Shown one piece after another: positions 50,961 to 63,112 of a stretch of DNA of 64,000 nucleotides. The stretch is from Ranitomeya imitator (taxonomy: Eukaryota). How positions within the stretch are numbered: the stretch's first letter is position 1; the number at the start of each line of letters is the position of its first letter. The position numbers and the translations under genes were made by a program. Under the pieces are notes generated by a model. It was not told the DNA's origin and searched no databases. It saw nothing but the letters and a program-made list of their open reading frames with translations. The stretch is from positions 39,618,001 to 39,682,000 of the forward strand of contig NC_091285.1 in assembly GCF_032444005.1 (NCBI RefSeq), written 5' to 3'.

Positions 50961-52098
50961 CACTGCTCAAAAAAAATAAAGGGAACACTCAAACAACAGA
51001 AACTAACTCCAAGTAAATCAAACTTCTGTGAAATCAAACTGTCCACTTAGGCTACTTTCACACTTCCGTCGGTACGGGGCCGTCGCAAACCGTCGGCCCG
51101 ACGTACTGACGGACGTTGTGCAAAATAGTGCACAACGTGGGCAGCGGATGCAGTTTTCAGGCGCTTCCGCTGCACATTGTGAGTTCTGGGGAGGAGGGGG
51201 CGGCGTTTAGGCCAAAAATTTGCGCGGTCAAAAATGGCGGACGCGTTGCACAAAAAAAGTTACATTGAACTTTTTTGTGACGACAGTCCGCCAATTACCG
51301 ACGCATCCAGTGCACGTCGTATGGAACGTGTGTCCATACGTCGTGATGCGTCGGTAATACAAGTCTATGTGCAAAAAACGCATCCTGCGGGCAACTTTGC
51401 AGGATGCGTTTTTTTGCACAGAATGACGCATTGCAACGTCTTTATAAAGACGGAAGTGTGAAAGTAGCCTTAGGAAGCAACACTGACAATCAATTTTACA
51501 TGCTGTTGTGCAAATGGAATAGACAGCAGATGGAAATTATTGGCAATTATCAAGACACACTCAATAAAGGAGTGGTTCTGCAGGTGAGGACCACAGATAA
51601 CATCTCAGTACCAATGCTTTCTGGCTGATGTTTGGTCACTTTTGAATGTTGGTTGTGTTTTCACACTCCTGGTAGCATGAGACGGACTCTACAACCCACA
51701 CAAGTGGCTCAGGTAGTGCAGCTCCTCCAGGATGGCACATCAATGCGAGCTGTGGCAAGAAGGTTTGCTGTGTCTGGCAGCGTAGTGTCCAGAGGCTGGA
51801 GGCACTACCAGGAGACAGGCCAGTACACCAGGAGATGTGTAGAGGGCCGTAGGAGGACAACAACCCAGCAGCAGGATCGCTACCTCCTCCTTTGTGCAAG
51901 GAGGAACAGGAGGAGCACTGCCAGAGCCCTGCAAAATGACCTCCAGCAGGCCACAAATGTGCATGTGTCTGCACAAACAGAAACCGACTCCATGAGGATG
52001 GTCTGAGTGCCCGACGTCCACAGATGGGGGTTGTGCTCACAGCCAAACACCGTACAGGACGCTTGGCATTTGCCACAGAACACCAGGATTGGCAATTT
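50961..52098 (+). mobile_element. 3'-truncated Tc1 element (different family)
   Basis: TA|CACTGCTCAAAAAAAATAAAGGGAACAC TIR. Frameshifted transposase N-terminus [30 protein letters not shown]…, no catalytic domain or right TIR. Confidence 0.8.
51050..51469. mobile_element. PIF/Harbinger-type MITE nested in Tc1
   Basis: TIR GGCTACTTTCACACTTCCGTC, TTA duplication (51047-51049, 51470-51472). Confidence 0.85.
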
Positions 52099-53566
52099 GA
52101 GCAGTGTATATACATGCTTTATCATCGAGGTTGGTGTCACAGATACATATGCAGAGCGCAGCAGTTTAGATGAAATCGGCAACTTCTGCTGCCCTCTGCA
52201 TAGGCAGCAACCAAGATAACAAAGCTCAGTATGATGAAGTAAGCTTTGTCATCCTGCTTTCTTCCTGGATAGAGCACAAGCTCATCTACCGCACTCTGAG
52301 ATTACATAGGCTGCAGTGTGTTCCACAGCTCCTCCTCTCACTTTTAATTTTGTGAGAAGAGAAAAAAAGATGGCCGATCTGTCACAAATTTAACAAAGTG
52401 TCCTTGTAAGTTAAAACCCCCCCCCACTAACGTTATAATATATTTAACTTTTTGTAACATCCTTTCTTTAAGACCTTATTCAGATGCCAGTTTTCTTCAC
52501 ATATGAAAGAACGAACTGAGTTTCTCTGTGATTTTTATCAGATTTTCATCAGCATTTGTCCAGCGTTTTATTAGGGTTTTTTTCACCGCCGAGAAAATAA
52601 AGTTTCTCCACCTTCTCATGTGGCATCAGAGTGATGTCCATTTTTTTGACTGACCCATAGACTTTCATTGCTGAGTTGCCGACATTGCTATGTCTCTTTC
52701 CTCATGTGCAGGCATTGCAGGACCTTAGGATCCATGGTTAGGACCACTGATATAGCGACAGTTAGATAGCTAGATGCTAATGGTATTTAACCATGCTTAA
52801 AGTCCTGCAAAGCCTGCGCATGAGGAAAGAGACATAGCGAATCAGAAGAACTATACTACATTTCTAATTGGAAGAATTTGCTAGTATTATTATTATTATA
52901 CCTACTGCATATGCAGACATGAGCAGAGGGGTCCCACTGATTATCATGGGGTCCGTCTGGGTTCCTCTATTTTTTTTTTAGAACAGAAGAAAAAGTCCTG
53001 CATGTACAGCCACCAAACGAAATTGAGATGGACCCCATAATAATGAATGTGCCTCGTCTGCTGTACTCATACAATGGATGACTTTTGCACATGAATACAG
53101 TTTGTTACTAAAATAGAAGACACAATGAAATGGGTAAATGCAGAGGCATAGCTAAGGGTTTTGGTCCAGGAGGGCGAAGCTTCTGAGTAGGTCCCTAACC
53201 AGGTAACCTTGATTACAACTCGGTGACGGCCCCTAATAGTGGAGGAGAACCTCAGTAGATGACCGTGCTGTTACTGAAGATAATCTCTATATAACGACCA
53301 ACATGGATATTACCACCATATGGTCAGTGGTAAATGCCAGTCCTATGGAACATATAAGAGATCACAGCACAGTTACAGAAAATCTCTTACCGCTGATGTT
53401 CTCTGATGGAATCATTCACTTTTCCTGTCTTTTCCGTCTGGCCCAGACCAACATGACAACTTCTACCATCTACAACTCGTCTGCAGAGAATACAACAAAG
53501 ACACATTTCACATCTCATATTCCCACCATCACCATCTATTCCCAACCTGGACAACTCCTCATCCTG

Positions 53567-55134
53567 CTGATACCCCAATACTGAGCAGCTGCTGCCGTAT
53601 GTGTCCCTATTACTGCCCCTGATATCCCAATACTGAGCCGCTGCTGCCGTATGTGTCCCTATTACTGCCCCTGATACCCCAATACTGAGCCACTGCTGCC
53701 GTATGTGACCCTATTACTGCACCCTGATACCCCAATACTGAGCCGCTGCTGCCGTATGTGTCCCTATTACTGCCCCTGATATCCCAATACTGAGCCGCTG
53801 CTGCCGTATGTGTCCCTATTACTGCCCCTGATACCCCAATACTGAGCCACTGCTGCCGTATGTGACCCTATTACTGCACCCTGATACCCCAATACTGAGC
53901 CACTGCTGCCGTATGTGACCCTATTACTGCACCCTGATACCCCAATACTGAGCCGCTGCTGCCGTATGTGTCCCTATTACTGCCCCTGATATCCCAATAC
54001 TGAGCCGCTGCTGCCGTATGTGTCCCTATTACTGCCCCTGATATCCCAATACTGAGCCGCTGCTGCCGCATGTGTCCCTATTACTGCACCTGATACCCCA
54101 ATACTGAGCCGCTGCTGCCGTATGTGTCCCTATTACTGCACCTGATACCCCAATACTGAGCCGCTGCTGCCGTATGTGTCCCAATTACTGCACCTGATAC
54201 CCCAATACTGAGCCGCTGCTGCCGTATGTGTCCCTATTACTGCCCCTGATACCCCAATACTGAGCCGCTGCTGCCGTATGTGACCCTATTACTGCACCCT
54301 GATACCCCAATACTGAGCCGCTGCTGCCGTATGTGTCCCTATTACTGCCCCTGATATCCCAATACTGAGCCGCTGCTGCCGTATGTGTCCCTATTACTGC
54401 ACCTGATACCCCAATACTGAGCCGCTGCTGCCGTATGTGTCCCTATTACTGCACCTGATACCCCAATACTGAGCCGCTGCTGACGTATGTGTCCCTATTA
54501 CTGCACCTGATACCCCAATACTGAGCCGCTGCTGCCGTATGTGTCCCTATTACTGCACCTGATACCCCAATACTGAGCCGCTGCTGCCGTATGTGTCCCT
54601 ATTACTGCACCTGATACCCCAATACTGAGCCACTGCTGCCGTATGTGTCCCTATTACTGCACCTGATACCCCAATACTGAGCCGCTGCTGCCGTATGTGT
54701 CCCTATTACTGCCCCTGATATCCCAATACTGAGCCGCTGCTGCCGTATGTGTCCCTATTACTGCACCTGATACCCCAATACTGAGCCGCTGCTGCCGTAT
54801 GTGACCCTATTACTGCACCCTGATACCCCAATACTGAGCCGCTGCTGCCGTATGTGTCCCTATTACTGCCCCTGATATCCCAATACTGAGCCGCTGCTGC
54901 CGTATGTGTCCCTATTTCTGCACCTGATACCCCAATACTGAGCCGCTGCTGCCGTATGTGTCCCTATTACTGCCCCTGATATCCCAATACTGAGCCGCTG
55001 CTGACGTATGTGTCCCTATTACTGCACCTGATACCCCAATACTGAGCCGCTGCTGCCGTATGTGTCCCTATTACTGCACCTGATACCCCAATACTGAGCC
55101 GCTGCTGCCGTATGTGTCCCTATTACTACACCTG
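53567..55134 (+). repeat. 52-53 bp minisatellite, ~30 units
   Basis: Unit CTGATACCCCAATACTGAGCCGCTGCTGCCGTATGTGTCCCTATTACTGCAC. Confidence 0.96.
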
Positions 55135-55297
55135 CTGTGTGATTCTCTCTGCCTTCTAAATTCTAAAGCAACCCTCTATAATATAGTAATGCCGGGTGCA
55201 AGTGCCCTAGAAAACAGTGCCCACATTTTGCCCCCTAGAAAGTAATATTGCCCTGTGTGCCCCTTTGATAGCCACAGTAACCTGAGTCCCCCTATAA

Positions 55298-55492
55298 CAG
55301 GGGTGTCAAACTGCATTCCTCGAGGGCTGCAAACAGGTCATGTTTTCAGGATTTCCTTGTACTGCACAGGTGATAATTTAATCACCTACACAAATAATGA
55401 GTTGGTGATTAAATTATCACCTGTGCAGTACAAGGAAATCCTGAAAACATGACCTGTTAGCAGCCCTCGAGGAATGCAGTTTGACACCCCTG
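55298..55492. mobile_element. hAT MITE (same family as 35739-35922)
   Basis: TIR CAGGGGTGTCAAACTGCATTCCTCGAGGGC, perfect 8-bp TSD CCCTATAA. Confidence 0.9.
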
Positions 55493-55749
55493 CCCTATAA
55501 CAATAAGTGCCCACTTTACATTTAATAAATTCCCGAGTCTCCCCCTGTACAGCTCCCCTATACACAGCATGATGCTCTCTTATACACAGTATACTGACTC
55601 CTTAGTAGCCCCCAAACTGTTTGATGGCTCCAACAATATATAATGACCCCCACACTGTAATCTCCATACTGTATGATGGCCCCCTAGATAGCCTCCATAT
55701 ACAGTAGCATAATGCACCAAATAGTCCACAATATAGTATAATGCACTCC

Positions 55750-56295
55750 CCATAGGCAGACTCTATAGCATAAGGCAGCCCCCATAGGCAGACACTGTAA
55801 TAAGGCAGCACCCCCATAGTCAGACCCTGTAATGAGGCAGCACCCCTATAGTCAGACCCTGTAATGAGGCAGCCCCCCCATAGGCAGACCCTGTAATAAG
55901 GCAGCTCCCCCATAGTCAGACCCTGTAATAAGGCAGCTCCCCCATAGTCAGACCCTGTAATAAGGCAGCACCCCCATAGGCAGACCCTGTAATAAGGCAG
56001 CTCCCCCATAGTCAGACCCTGTAATAAGGCAGCACCCCCATAGGCAGACCCTGTAATAAGGCAGCTCCCCCATAGTCAGACCCTGTAATAAGGCAGCTCC
56101 CCCATAGTCAGACCCTGTAATAAGGCAGCACCCCCATAGTCAGACCCTGTAATGAGGCAGCCCCCCCCATAGGCAGACCCTGTAATAAGGCAGCTCCCCC
56201 ATAGTCAGACCCTGTAATAAGGCAGCTCCCCCATAGTCAGACCCTGTAATAAGGCAGCACCCCCATAGGCAGACCCTGTAATAAGGCAGCAGCAC
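55750..56295 (+). repeat. ~32-33 bp minisatellite
   Basis: Unit CCCCCATAG(T/G)CAGACCCTGTAATAAGGCAGC(T/A). Confidence 0.93.
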
Positions 56296-58346
56296 CCATT
56301 CAAAAATAAATAAATACTCACCTCTCTTCTTCCTGGTTCCTGCGCTGCTCCCTCTGATCTCCTGACAGCGGGGGCCGGGCAGTGACGTCATCACGACCGC
56401 TGTCAGTGTCGGCGATGTCAGACGGCGGCACTGACAGGGGGATGATGGGAGAAGGAGTGTAGCGCTCCTTCTCCCATCATTGCTATCAGCTGTATTTTCT
56501 GAATGCCGGTACAGCTGATCTTCCGATGACGGCGGGAGGCCCACTGCTGGCACCGGGCCCCCCACCTGCTCAGGGGCCCCATAGCGGCAGAGCAGGGGGA
56601 TCGATTCTCCCTGCTCTTCTGCAGAAAGTAACTGTATCGCGCCGATACAGTTGCAGTAGCGTAGCTCCGGTTGGGCCCCCTCAGAGCAGCGGGCCCGGGG
56701 CGATGGCCCCCTCTGCCCCCCGGTAGCTACGCTACTGTGTAAATGGTAATGTGACTGTAGCCTGACTGCGGCTGGAGACTGCTTACCATACAGATACAGT
56801 ACTTATGGCACTTTCCATGTTTCGGTTTTTCTTCCAGACTGAGGAAAGGAAGGGGAATTTCTCTCTTTTAAGTCTGAGTCGTCAGTAACCACTAAAGGGG
56901 AACTTTTTCGGCAATGTACGAACGTATTCATGCAATATAAACTACTGGACTGTATATTAATGGAAATGATGGGGACTCTAGCAAAAGTTCTAATTGGGCT
57001 CCACACCAGTCCTAAAAAAATGTTTGCGGGGTCACAGCACAATTACATAGGGGCATACCTCCCAACTTTTATAGACAGGGAAAGGGAATGCTATACTCAC
57101 AAAGTAATAGTGCCCCTACTGAAGCCCCTTAATATTCTCACCTACCACGATAACCCTTTCATGTCCCCTATAGTGTATGATGCCTCCAGAAATGCCCTAT
57201 ACATGCAGTATGATACCTCCTATATCATTTTTCCACTCTTTCCACATAATATGATGCCCCCAACACAGTATGATGTACCCACAGTTCCCCTACACACATT
57301 AAAAGGTCCCCATAGTGACACCTAACATCGAACAATGTCCCCACCATTTCCCACACACATTATAAAGCCCCCACAGTGACCCATTAACACAGTATGATGT
57401 CCACACACACATTGTAAAGTCCTCATAGTGACTACTGACACATCCCTACATTGTGAACACCAATGTTGGTTACTATGTATGGACCCTCAATAATTTGGAG
57501 AATTCACAAGTACAAGTTCCCATTGATAGGAAAGGTTTTTCCCATCCTAGGAGGTGTAAAAACATTGCATAATTGGAGTATTGCCAAAAACATAATCATG
57601 GAAAACTGCCCTTATCCACATTAAAGTCATTTGACACATGGTAAGGTAGCAGTACTAGATACAGGTTAGGACCATCCCAGTGGGTGCACCGTGACGTGGT
57701 GGGATGGCTTTTAGAGCTAAGTAATCAATGTTCTTTATATGTACTATTACTATGCAATTATTTATTCTTATTTATGCTCATTTTATTTAGGTTTTTTTTG
57801 TGTGTGAAATGATTACAGTGTGAAGATGCCCTTACTTATTGCATATATACCATTTTATAGTCCAGCTCATTTCTTTGGTTTTGGTGTTAGTTGATATGCC
57901 TGTATATTGGCCACTTCGGTGTACGTGCGCCTGCACATTAATATAACACCATGGGAGCTGGCCTTGTTCCATATCTTCTGCATTATTGACCAAACCAATA
58001 GAGCTACTCCAGATTCCTTACCACAATTACCAATTTAATAGCGTCGTCCCCACAGCAAACTCCTATCTTCAGGCTTCTTATTCTTGCAGCTAGCTGTCCC
58101 CAGCTGAGTATGGGTATGTTCACATGACATTTTTTTCAGGTGGATTCCACCTGGAACCTGCTTGAAAAAGAGCTAAAAATTGTCAAAAAGCATGAATATG
58201 TCCACAGCAATGTCAAAATGGCTTGCTGTGCACATGGGTTTTGTCACTTTGCCCCTTCAGGGTTCGAAACTGTGAAGTGTCTAAATGTAGTGACCTCACC
58301 GTTCTTCAGGCAGCTTCTGCTTGGAAGTGAAATGCCCACTATCTTA

Positions 58347-59870
58347 CAGGTGCTCAGAATATCATCAAAAAGTTAATTTATTTCAGTTCTTCAACACAAA
58401 AAGTGAAACTCATATATTATATAGAGTCATTACAGACAGAGTGATCTATTTCAAGTGTTTATTTCTCTTAATGTTGATGATTATGGTTTACAGCCAATGA
58501 AAACCCAAAAATCATTATCTCAATAAATTAAAATAATTAACAAAAAACACCTGCAAAGGCTTCCTAAGCGTTTAAAAAGTTCCCTGTTTCAGTAACTCCA
58601 CAATCATGGGGAAGACTGCTGCCTTGACAGATGTCCAGAAGGACACACTCCACAAGGAGGGTAAGCCACAAAAGGTCATTTCTAAAGAAGCTGGCTGTTC
58701 ACAGAGTGCTGTATCCAAGCATATTAATGGAAAGTTGAGTGGAAGGAAAAAGTGTGGTAGAAAAAGGTGCACAAGCAACCGGGATAACCGCAGCCTTGAA
58801 AGGATTGGTAAGAAAAGGGCATTCCAAAAATGTGGGGGAGATTCACAAGGAGTGGACTGCTGCTGGAGTCACAGCTTCAAGAGCCACCACACACAGACGT
58901 ATCCAGGACATGGGCTACAAGTGTCACATTCCTTGTGTCAAGCCACTCATGGCCAATAGACAAGGCCAGAAGCGTCTTACCTGGGCCAAGGAGAAAAAGA
59001 GCTGGACTGTTGCTCAGTGGTCCAAGGTGATGTTTTCAGATGAAAGTAAATTTTGCATTTCATTTGGAAATCAAGGTCCCAGAGTCTGGAGGAAGAGTGG
59101 AGAGGCCACAATCCAAACTGATTGAGGTCTAGTTTAAACAATCAGTGATGGTTTGGGGGGGCCATGTCATCTGCTGGTGTAGGTCCACTGTGTTTTATCA
59201 AGACCAAAGTCAGCGCAGCCATCTACCAGGAAATTTTAGAGCACTTCATGCTTCCCACTGCCGACAAGCTTTTTGGAGATGGAAATGTCATTCTTCAGCA
59301 GGATTTGGCCCCTGTCCACACTGCCAAAAGTACCAATACCTGGTGTAAAAACAACAGTATCACTGTGCTTGATTGGCAGCAAACTCACCTGACCATAACC
59401 ACATAGAGAATCTATGGGGTATTGTCAAGAGGAAGATGAGACACCAGACCCAACAATGCAGACGAGCTGAAGGCTGTTATCAAAGCAACCTGGGCTTCCA
59501 TAACCCCTCAGCAGTGCCACAGGCTGATTGCCTCCATGCCACACTGCACTGATGCAGTAATTGATGCAAAAGGAGCCCCGACCAAGTATTGAGTGCATTT
59601 ACTGAACATACATTTCAGTAGGCCAATATTTTGGATTTTAAAATAATTTTTCAAGCTGGTGTTATGAAGCATTCTAATTTACTGAGATAATGACTTTTGG
59701 GTTTTCATTGGCTATAAGCCACAATCATCAACATTAACAGAAATAAACACTTGAAATAGATCACTCTGTCTGTAATGACTCTATATAATATATGAGTTTC
59801 ACTTTTTGTATTGAAGAACTGAAATAAAGTAATTTTTTTGATGATATTCAAATTTTGTGAGAAGCGCAGG
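58347..59870 (+). mobile_element. Degraded full-length Tc1 (DD34E-type) with frameshifted transposase
   Basis: TIR remnants GAATATCATCAAAAAGTTAATTT and its inverse. Fragments MGKTAALTDVQK…, FSDESKFCISFGNQGPRVWRKSGE, QQDLAPVHTAKSTNTW, …KGAPTKY* lie in shifting frames. Confidence 0.85.
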
Positions 59871-59932
59871 TAGTTGAGGCCGAGGCTTCCATGTGCGAAC
59901 TGGGCCTCTGACATCACTTTGTGTCATGCTGT

Positions 59933-60924
59933 TGTAACACCCCAGGTAACCGGTTGTTACAGTGATGTTGCCTTCCTTTCGTGGAGGGTGATATCCTGCT
60001 TGGAGGCAGGGGAGATTCTCTGTACCAGATAAGGCACCCACACACTACACATTCCGAATCCAGGCCAGAAGAGGAAGCTCTGAACCCGGATTCAGGGCAG
60101 CTTCCCTCAGATAGATATATCCTGGTCTGGAGGAGGAGTTAGACAGTTAGTCGGATTGAGAGGAGAGAGAAGGAAGTCTGGATCTGAGTGCAGACAACGG
60201 AGCCATGCAGCCAGAGCTGAGCTGCAGCTCCAAGAAAGAAGGAGAACACGAGGGGTTGAAAGTGGTGGAGCCAAAGAGGGAAGGAGCACAGTGGAGGAAA
60301 AGGGGCTCAGAGGGGAACTGTGACCGGGCATCCTCAGAGCCAGAGTGCAGAAGCCGGGTACCGGGAGCCTGAGGTCGTGTCGCTCTCCAGGACGCACGCC
60401 AGAACCGGAGGGCAATAGACTGCATGTTACTTGCCCACACCAAGTCTGAAGTGAAGCAGTATCTTGAGAGCCCGAGTCGTGATAGAGACCCTGTAAAATG
60501 GCTCACACTGCCCACCGTGCCTAGGCACCTGTCCCAGGACAGGAGAGGAAAGGAATACCTTGCCAGCAAGCTTCAGGCAGCAGCGACTTCGCACATCACT
60601 GCAAGTAGTAAAGGCTTACGGACCTCACCAGGAAAAGGGGATTTGCTTATTGCCTCCAAGCCGGCCAGACCAGAGCTACACCTGTGCCTGGTACCCTGGA
60701 CTGAGGCCTACTACTACCATCAGTAAACCAGGTAAAGACTTTACCAATCTGTGTCCTCCACTTATTTGTCGTCATACACCATCCTTACCATACAGCGGGA
60801 GCCCTGGGGGCCTACTTCACCTGTGGGAAGTTATACCATCTTGCTGCAACAACACCACCCCAGAGGACCCCTTTAAGCAGCGTCGGTCCCTACTGACCGA
60901 ATACCACAGGTGGCGTCACGAACA
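59933..60924 (+). mobile_element. LTR-like sequence (probable Gypsy LTR), boundaries approximate
   Basis: Starts TGTAACACCCC with GC-rich promoter-like body and ends near GGCGTCACGAACA. No TSD confirmed. Confidence 0.5.
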
Positions 60925-61404
60925 AACTCTATTCCAAAAAACCCTTTAAGAACACTCCCTTAGCAAAGGGCGCCCAGGGCCACGGACCGGACCGGGTCGA
61001 CGCCACCGTGACATTCCCCTGTGAGTACTGGACCCGGTGCAGAGTCTAGGCGGGCGAATCACTGTCATGGTGCGCAGTGAAGTCAGAAGCCTGGACGATG
61101 GCCATAGGTTGCAGCGTTTAACATGAGGGGTGAAGTGGAAAGAAGAGGCATGGAGGACTGGACGGTGGGGGCTCCTCAGACCCCAAAACATAAAGAACAT
61201 TCAATTTGCTTTTAATAACTTCGATGTGAATGAAATTTTTCTGATAAATTCACAATATTTGCTGAATTCGAATCTCTGCAGATTTGCCTGGCTGACGACT
61301 CCATTATATACACGGCCCCGGTGTAGACTTTAGGTTTAGAGCCGGAGATTATACCTGTATTACGCTCCCTTCCCCCATATTACAGCACACAGTCTGAGAG
61401 AACG

Positions 61405-61590
61405 AGAAAGTCCCACACCGTGAAAGCCTGTCTGCTCGGCAACAAGTGATGCCGTTCTGTAGCCAATCAGTAGTCTAGATGTGGACTCCGACTGAGGAAA
61501 AAAACCTCTTCTGCTCGGGGTATTTCCAATTCGTGTGTTGTTATTAAGTATTTTTAAGTCACTTTCACTTCCTAACGAAGCTTCATTGGT
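61405..61590 (+). promoter_or_regulatory. CD74: CD74 promoter: X box, inverted Y box, two kB-like sites, ETS-IRF composite
   Basis: CTCGGCAACAAGTGATG (61435-61451), CCAATCAG (61463-61470), AGAAAGTCCC (61405-61414), GGGGTATTTCC (61517-61527), ACTTTCACTTCC (61561-61572, reverse complement GGAAGTGAAAGT), ATTGG near 61586. Confidence 0.75.
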
Positions 61591-61692
61591 TCTCGAAGGA
61601 GATTTTAGCCACTTTTAGATATTAGCCAGTGCGACTATTAAATCAGTGCGTCCAGAACACGGGTCCGGAGAGGAGCAGACCAGAACCACAAG

Positions 61693-61772
61693 ATGGCCGA
61701 GGAAGCCCAGAACCTGGTGCAGCAGGAGATGCCGGCCGAGGACGTGATCACGATGGGCGACAGGGAACCACG
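61693..61772 (+). CDS. CD74: Probable CD74 (MHC class II invariant chain) coding exon 1
   Basis: AAGATGG Kozak context. Encodes MAEEAQNLVQQEMPAEDVITMGDREP(R), similar to my recollection of the Xenopus Ii N-terminus (MAEESQNLV…). Phase-2 donor CG|GTATGA as in human CD74 intron 1, expected position downstream of RPS14, class II-type promoter. Exon 2 was not found in the window. Confidence 0.78.
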
Positions 61773-61845
61773 GTATGAATATACGGGTTAGAGAGATACC
61801 AGAGTGCTATACATATGAAAAAGGGGGTAACATACATGTGGCATA

Positions 61846-62101
61846 TATTATTTATTATGCTTATTTATATAGCGCCATCATATTCCGCAGCGCTTTACAG
61901 ACATTATCTCTGTCCCCATTGGGGCTCACAATCAACATTCCCCATCAGTATGTCTGGAGTGTGAGAGGAAACCGGAGAACCCGGAGGAAACCCACGCAAA
62001 CACGGGGAGAACATACAAACTCCTTGCAGATGTTGTCCTTGGTGGGATTTGAACCCAGGACCCCGGTATTGCAAAAGAACAATGCTAACCACTGAGCCGC
62101 C
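61846..62101 (-). mobile_element. V-SINE-like copy in CD74 intron 1
   Basis: Same head, central domain and tail as 8325-8609. Confidence 0.85.
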
Positions 62102-62289
62102 ATATTTATAAACAGATTGTCAGACAGGTACAGAGTGTACAGCACCATCACAGGCTTACAGTCTACAGGGTATTGGAGATGGACACAGTGGGGCGGGTGG
62201 GAGGTTGCAGCGGGGTAATTGCAGGATCTAAGCATTTTTTGAATGCATGAGTTTTGAGGTTTTTTTTTGAAGGTTTCAAATGTGGAAGA

Positions 62290-62460
62290 TAGATAATAAA
62301 TAGATAGAGAGATAATATATAGATAGATAATACATAGGTAGATAATAGGTAGATGATAGATAATAGATAGATAATAGTTAATAGAAGGATGATAGATAGA
62401 TAATAGTTAATCGATAGATAATAAATAGATAATAGATAGGTAGATGATAGATAGATAGAA
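62290..62460 (+). repeat. Degenerate (GATA)n tract, preceded by an L2-like 3' fragment (~62100-62285, minus)
   Basis: TAGATAGATAATAG-type repeats. Confidence 0.75.
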
Positions 62461-62895
62461 AATAAAAATGGAGGTAGCACACCAGTTGAAGGTGAAAAAA
62501 GGTGCTATTTAACAGACCAAAGTGCCAACGTTTCGGCTCGGGGTTGTGAGCCTTTTTCAACCTGCATTTTTTGCTGGGTTTTTCAGGATCCCATAGTTTA
62601 GTTTTGCTTCCACCACAGAAGCATGAGCAATGCAATGTGTTAGATCATCAATGCAAGACATATGTGAAACCACAACACTATTTTGGAAAAAAAGAGCAAT
62701 TTGATCAAATTATTTAGTGTAAAAAGATTTTTATGTCCGAAAAAATAGCGATTTTTCTCAACAAAAAAGTTCACATCAGTTCATGGAAGAATACACAATT
62801 ACAGACGTAACAGCAGGGATAGGTGAGTCGGTCGGGAATAGTTTACCTAAGACATTGGCAGACCATTGAGTTTGTAGGACACAGTTTACTTTTTA

Positions 62896-63112
62896 GGGTA
62901 TGTGTCCACGTTCAGGATTGCATCAGGATTTGGTCAGGATTTTCCATCAGTTTTTGTAAGCCAAAACCAGGAGTGGGTGATAAATGCAGAAGTGGTGCAT
63001 ATGTTTCTATTATACTTTTCTGCTAATTGTTCCACTCCTGGTTTTGGCTTACAAAAACTGATGAAAAATCCTGACCAAATCCTGATGCAATCCTGAACGT
63101 GGACACATACCC
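62896..63112. mobile_element. PIF/Harbinger-type MITE
   Basis: TIR GGGTATGTGTCCACGTTCAGGATTGCATCAGGATTTGGTCAGGATTT, TTA duplication. Confidence 0.85.

Larger units (their letters stand above)
53141..56737. mobile_element. 3.6-kb non-autonomous hAT-type element carrying two minisatellites
   Basis: Ends CAGAGGCATAGCTA / TAGCTACGCTACTG, 8-bp flanks GGTAAATG/TGTAAATG. Confidence 0.7.

Noticed and set aside
57480-58050. Possible Penelope GIY-YIG remnant (KGFSHPRRCKN-like)
   Set aside because: Too short and eroded to support without a database search.
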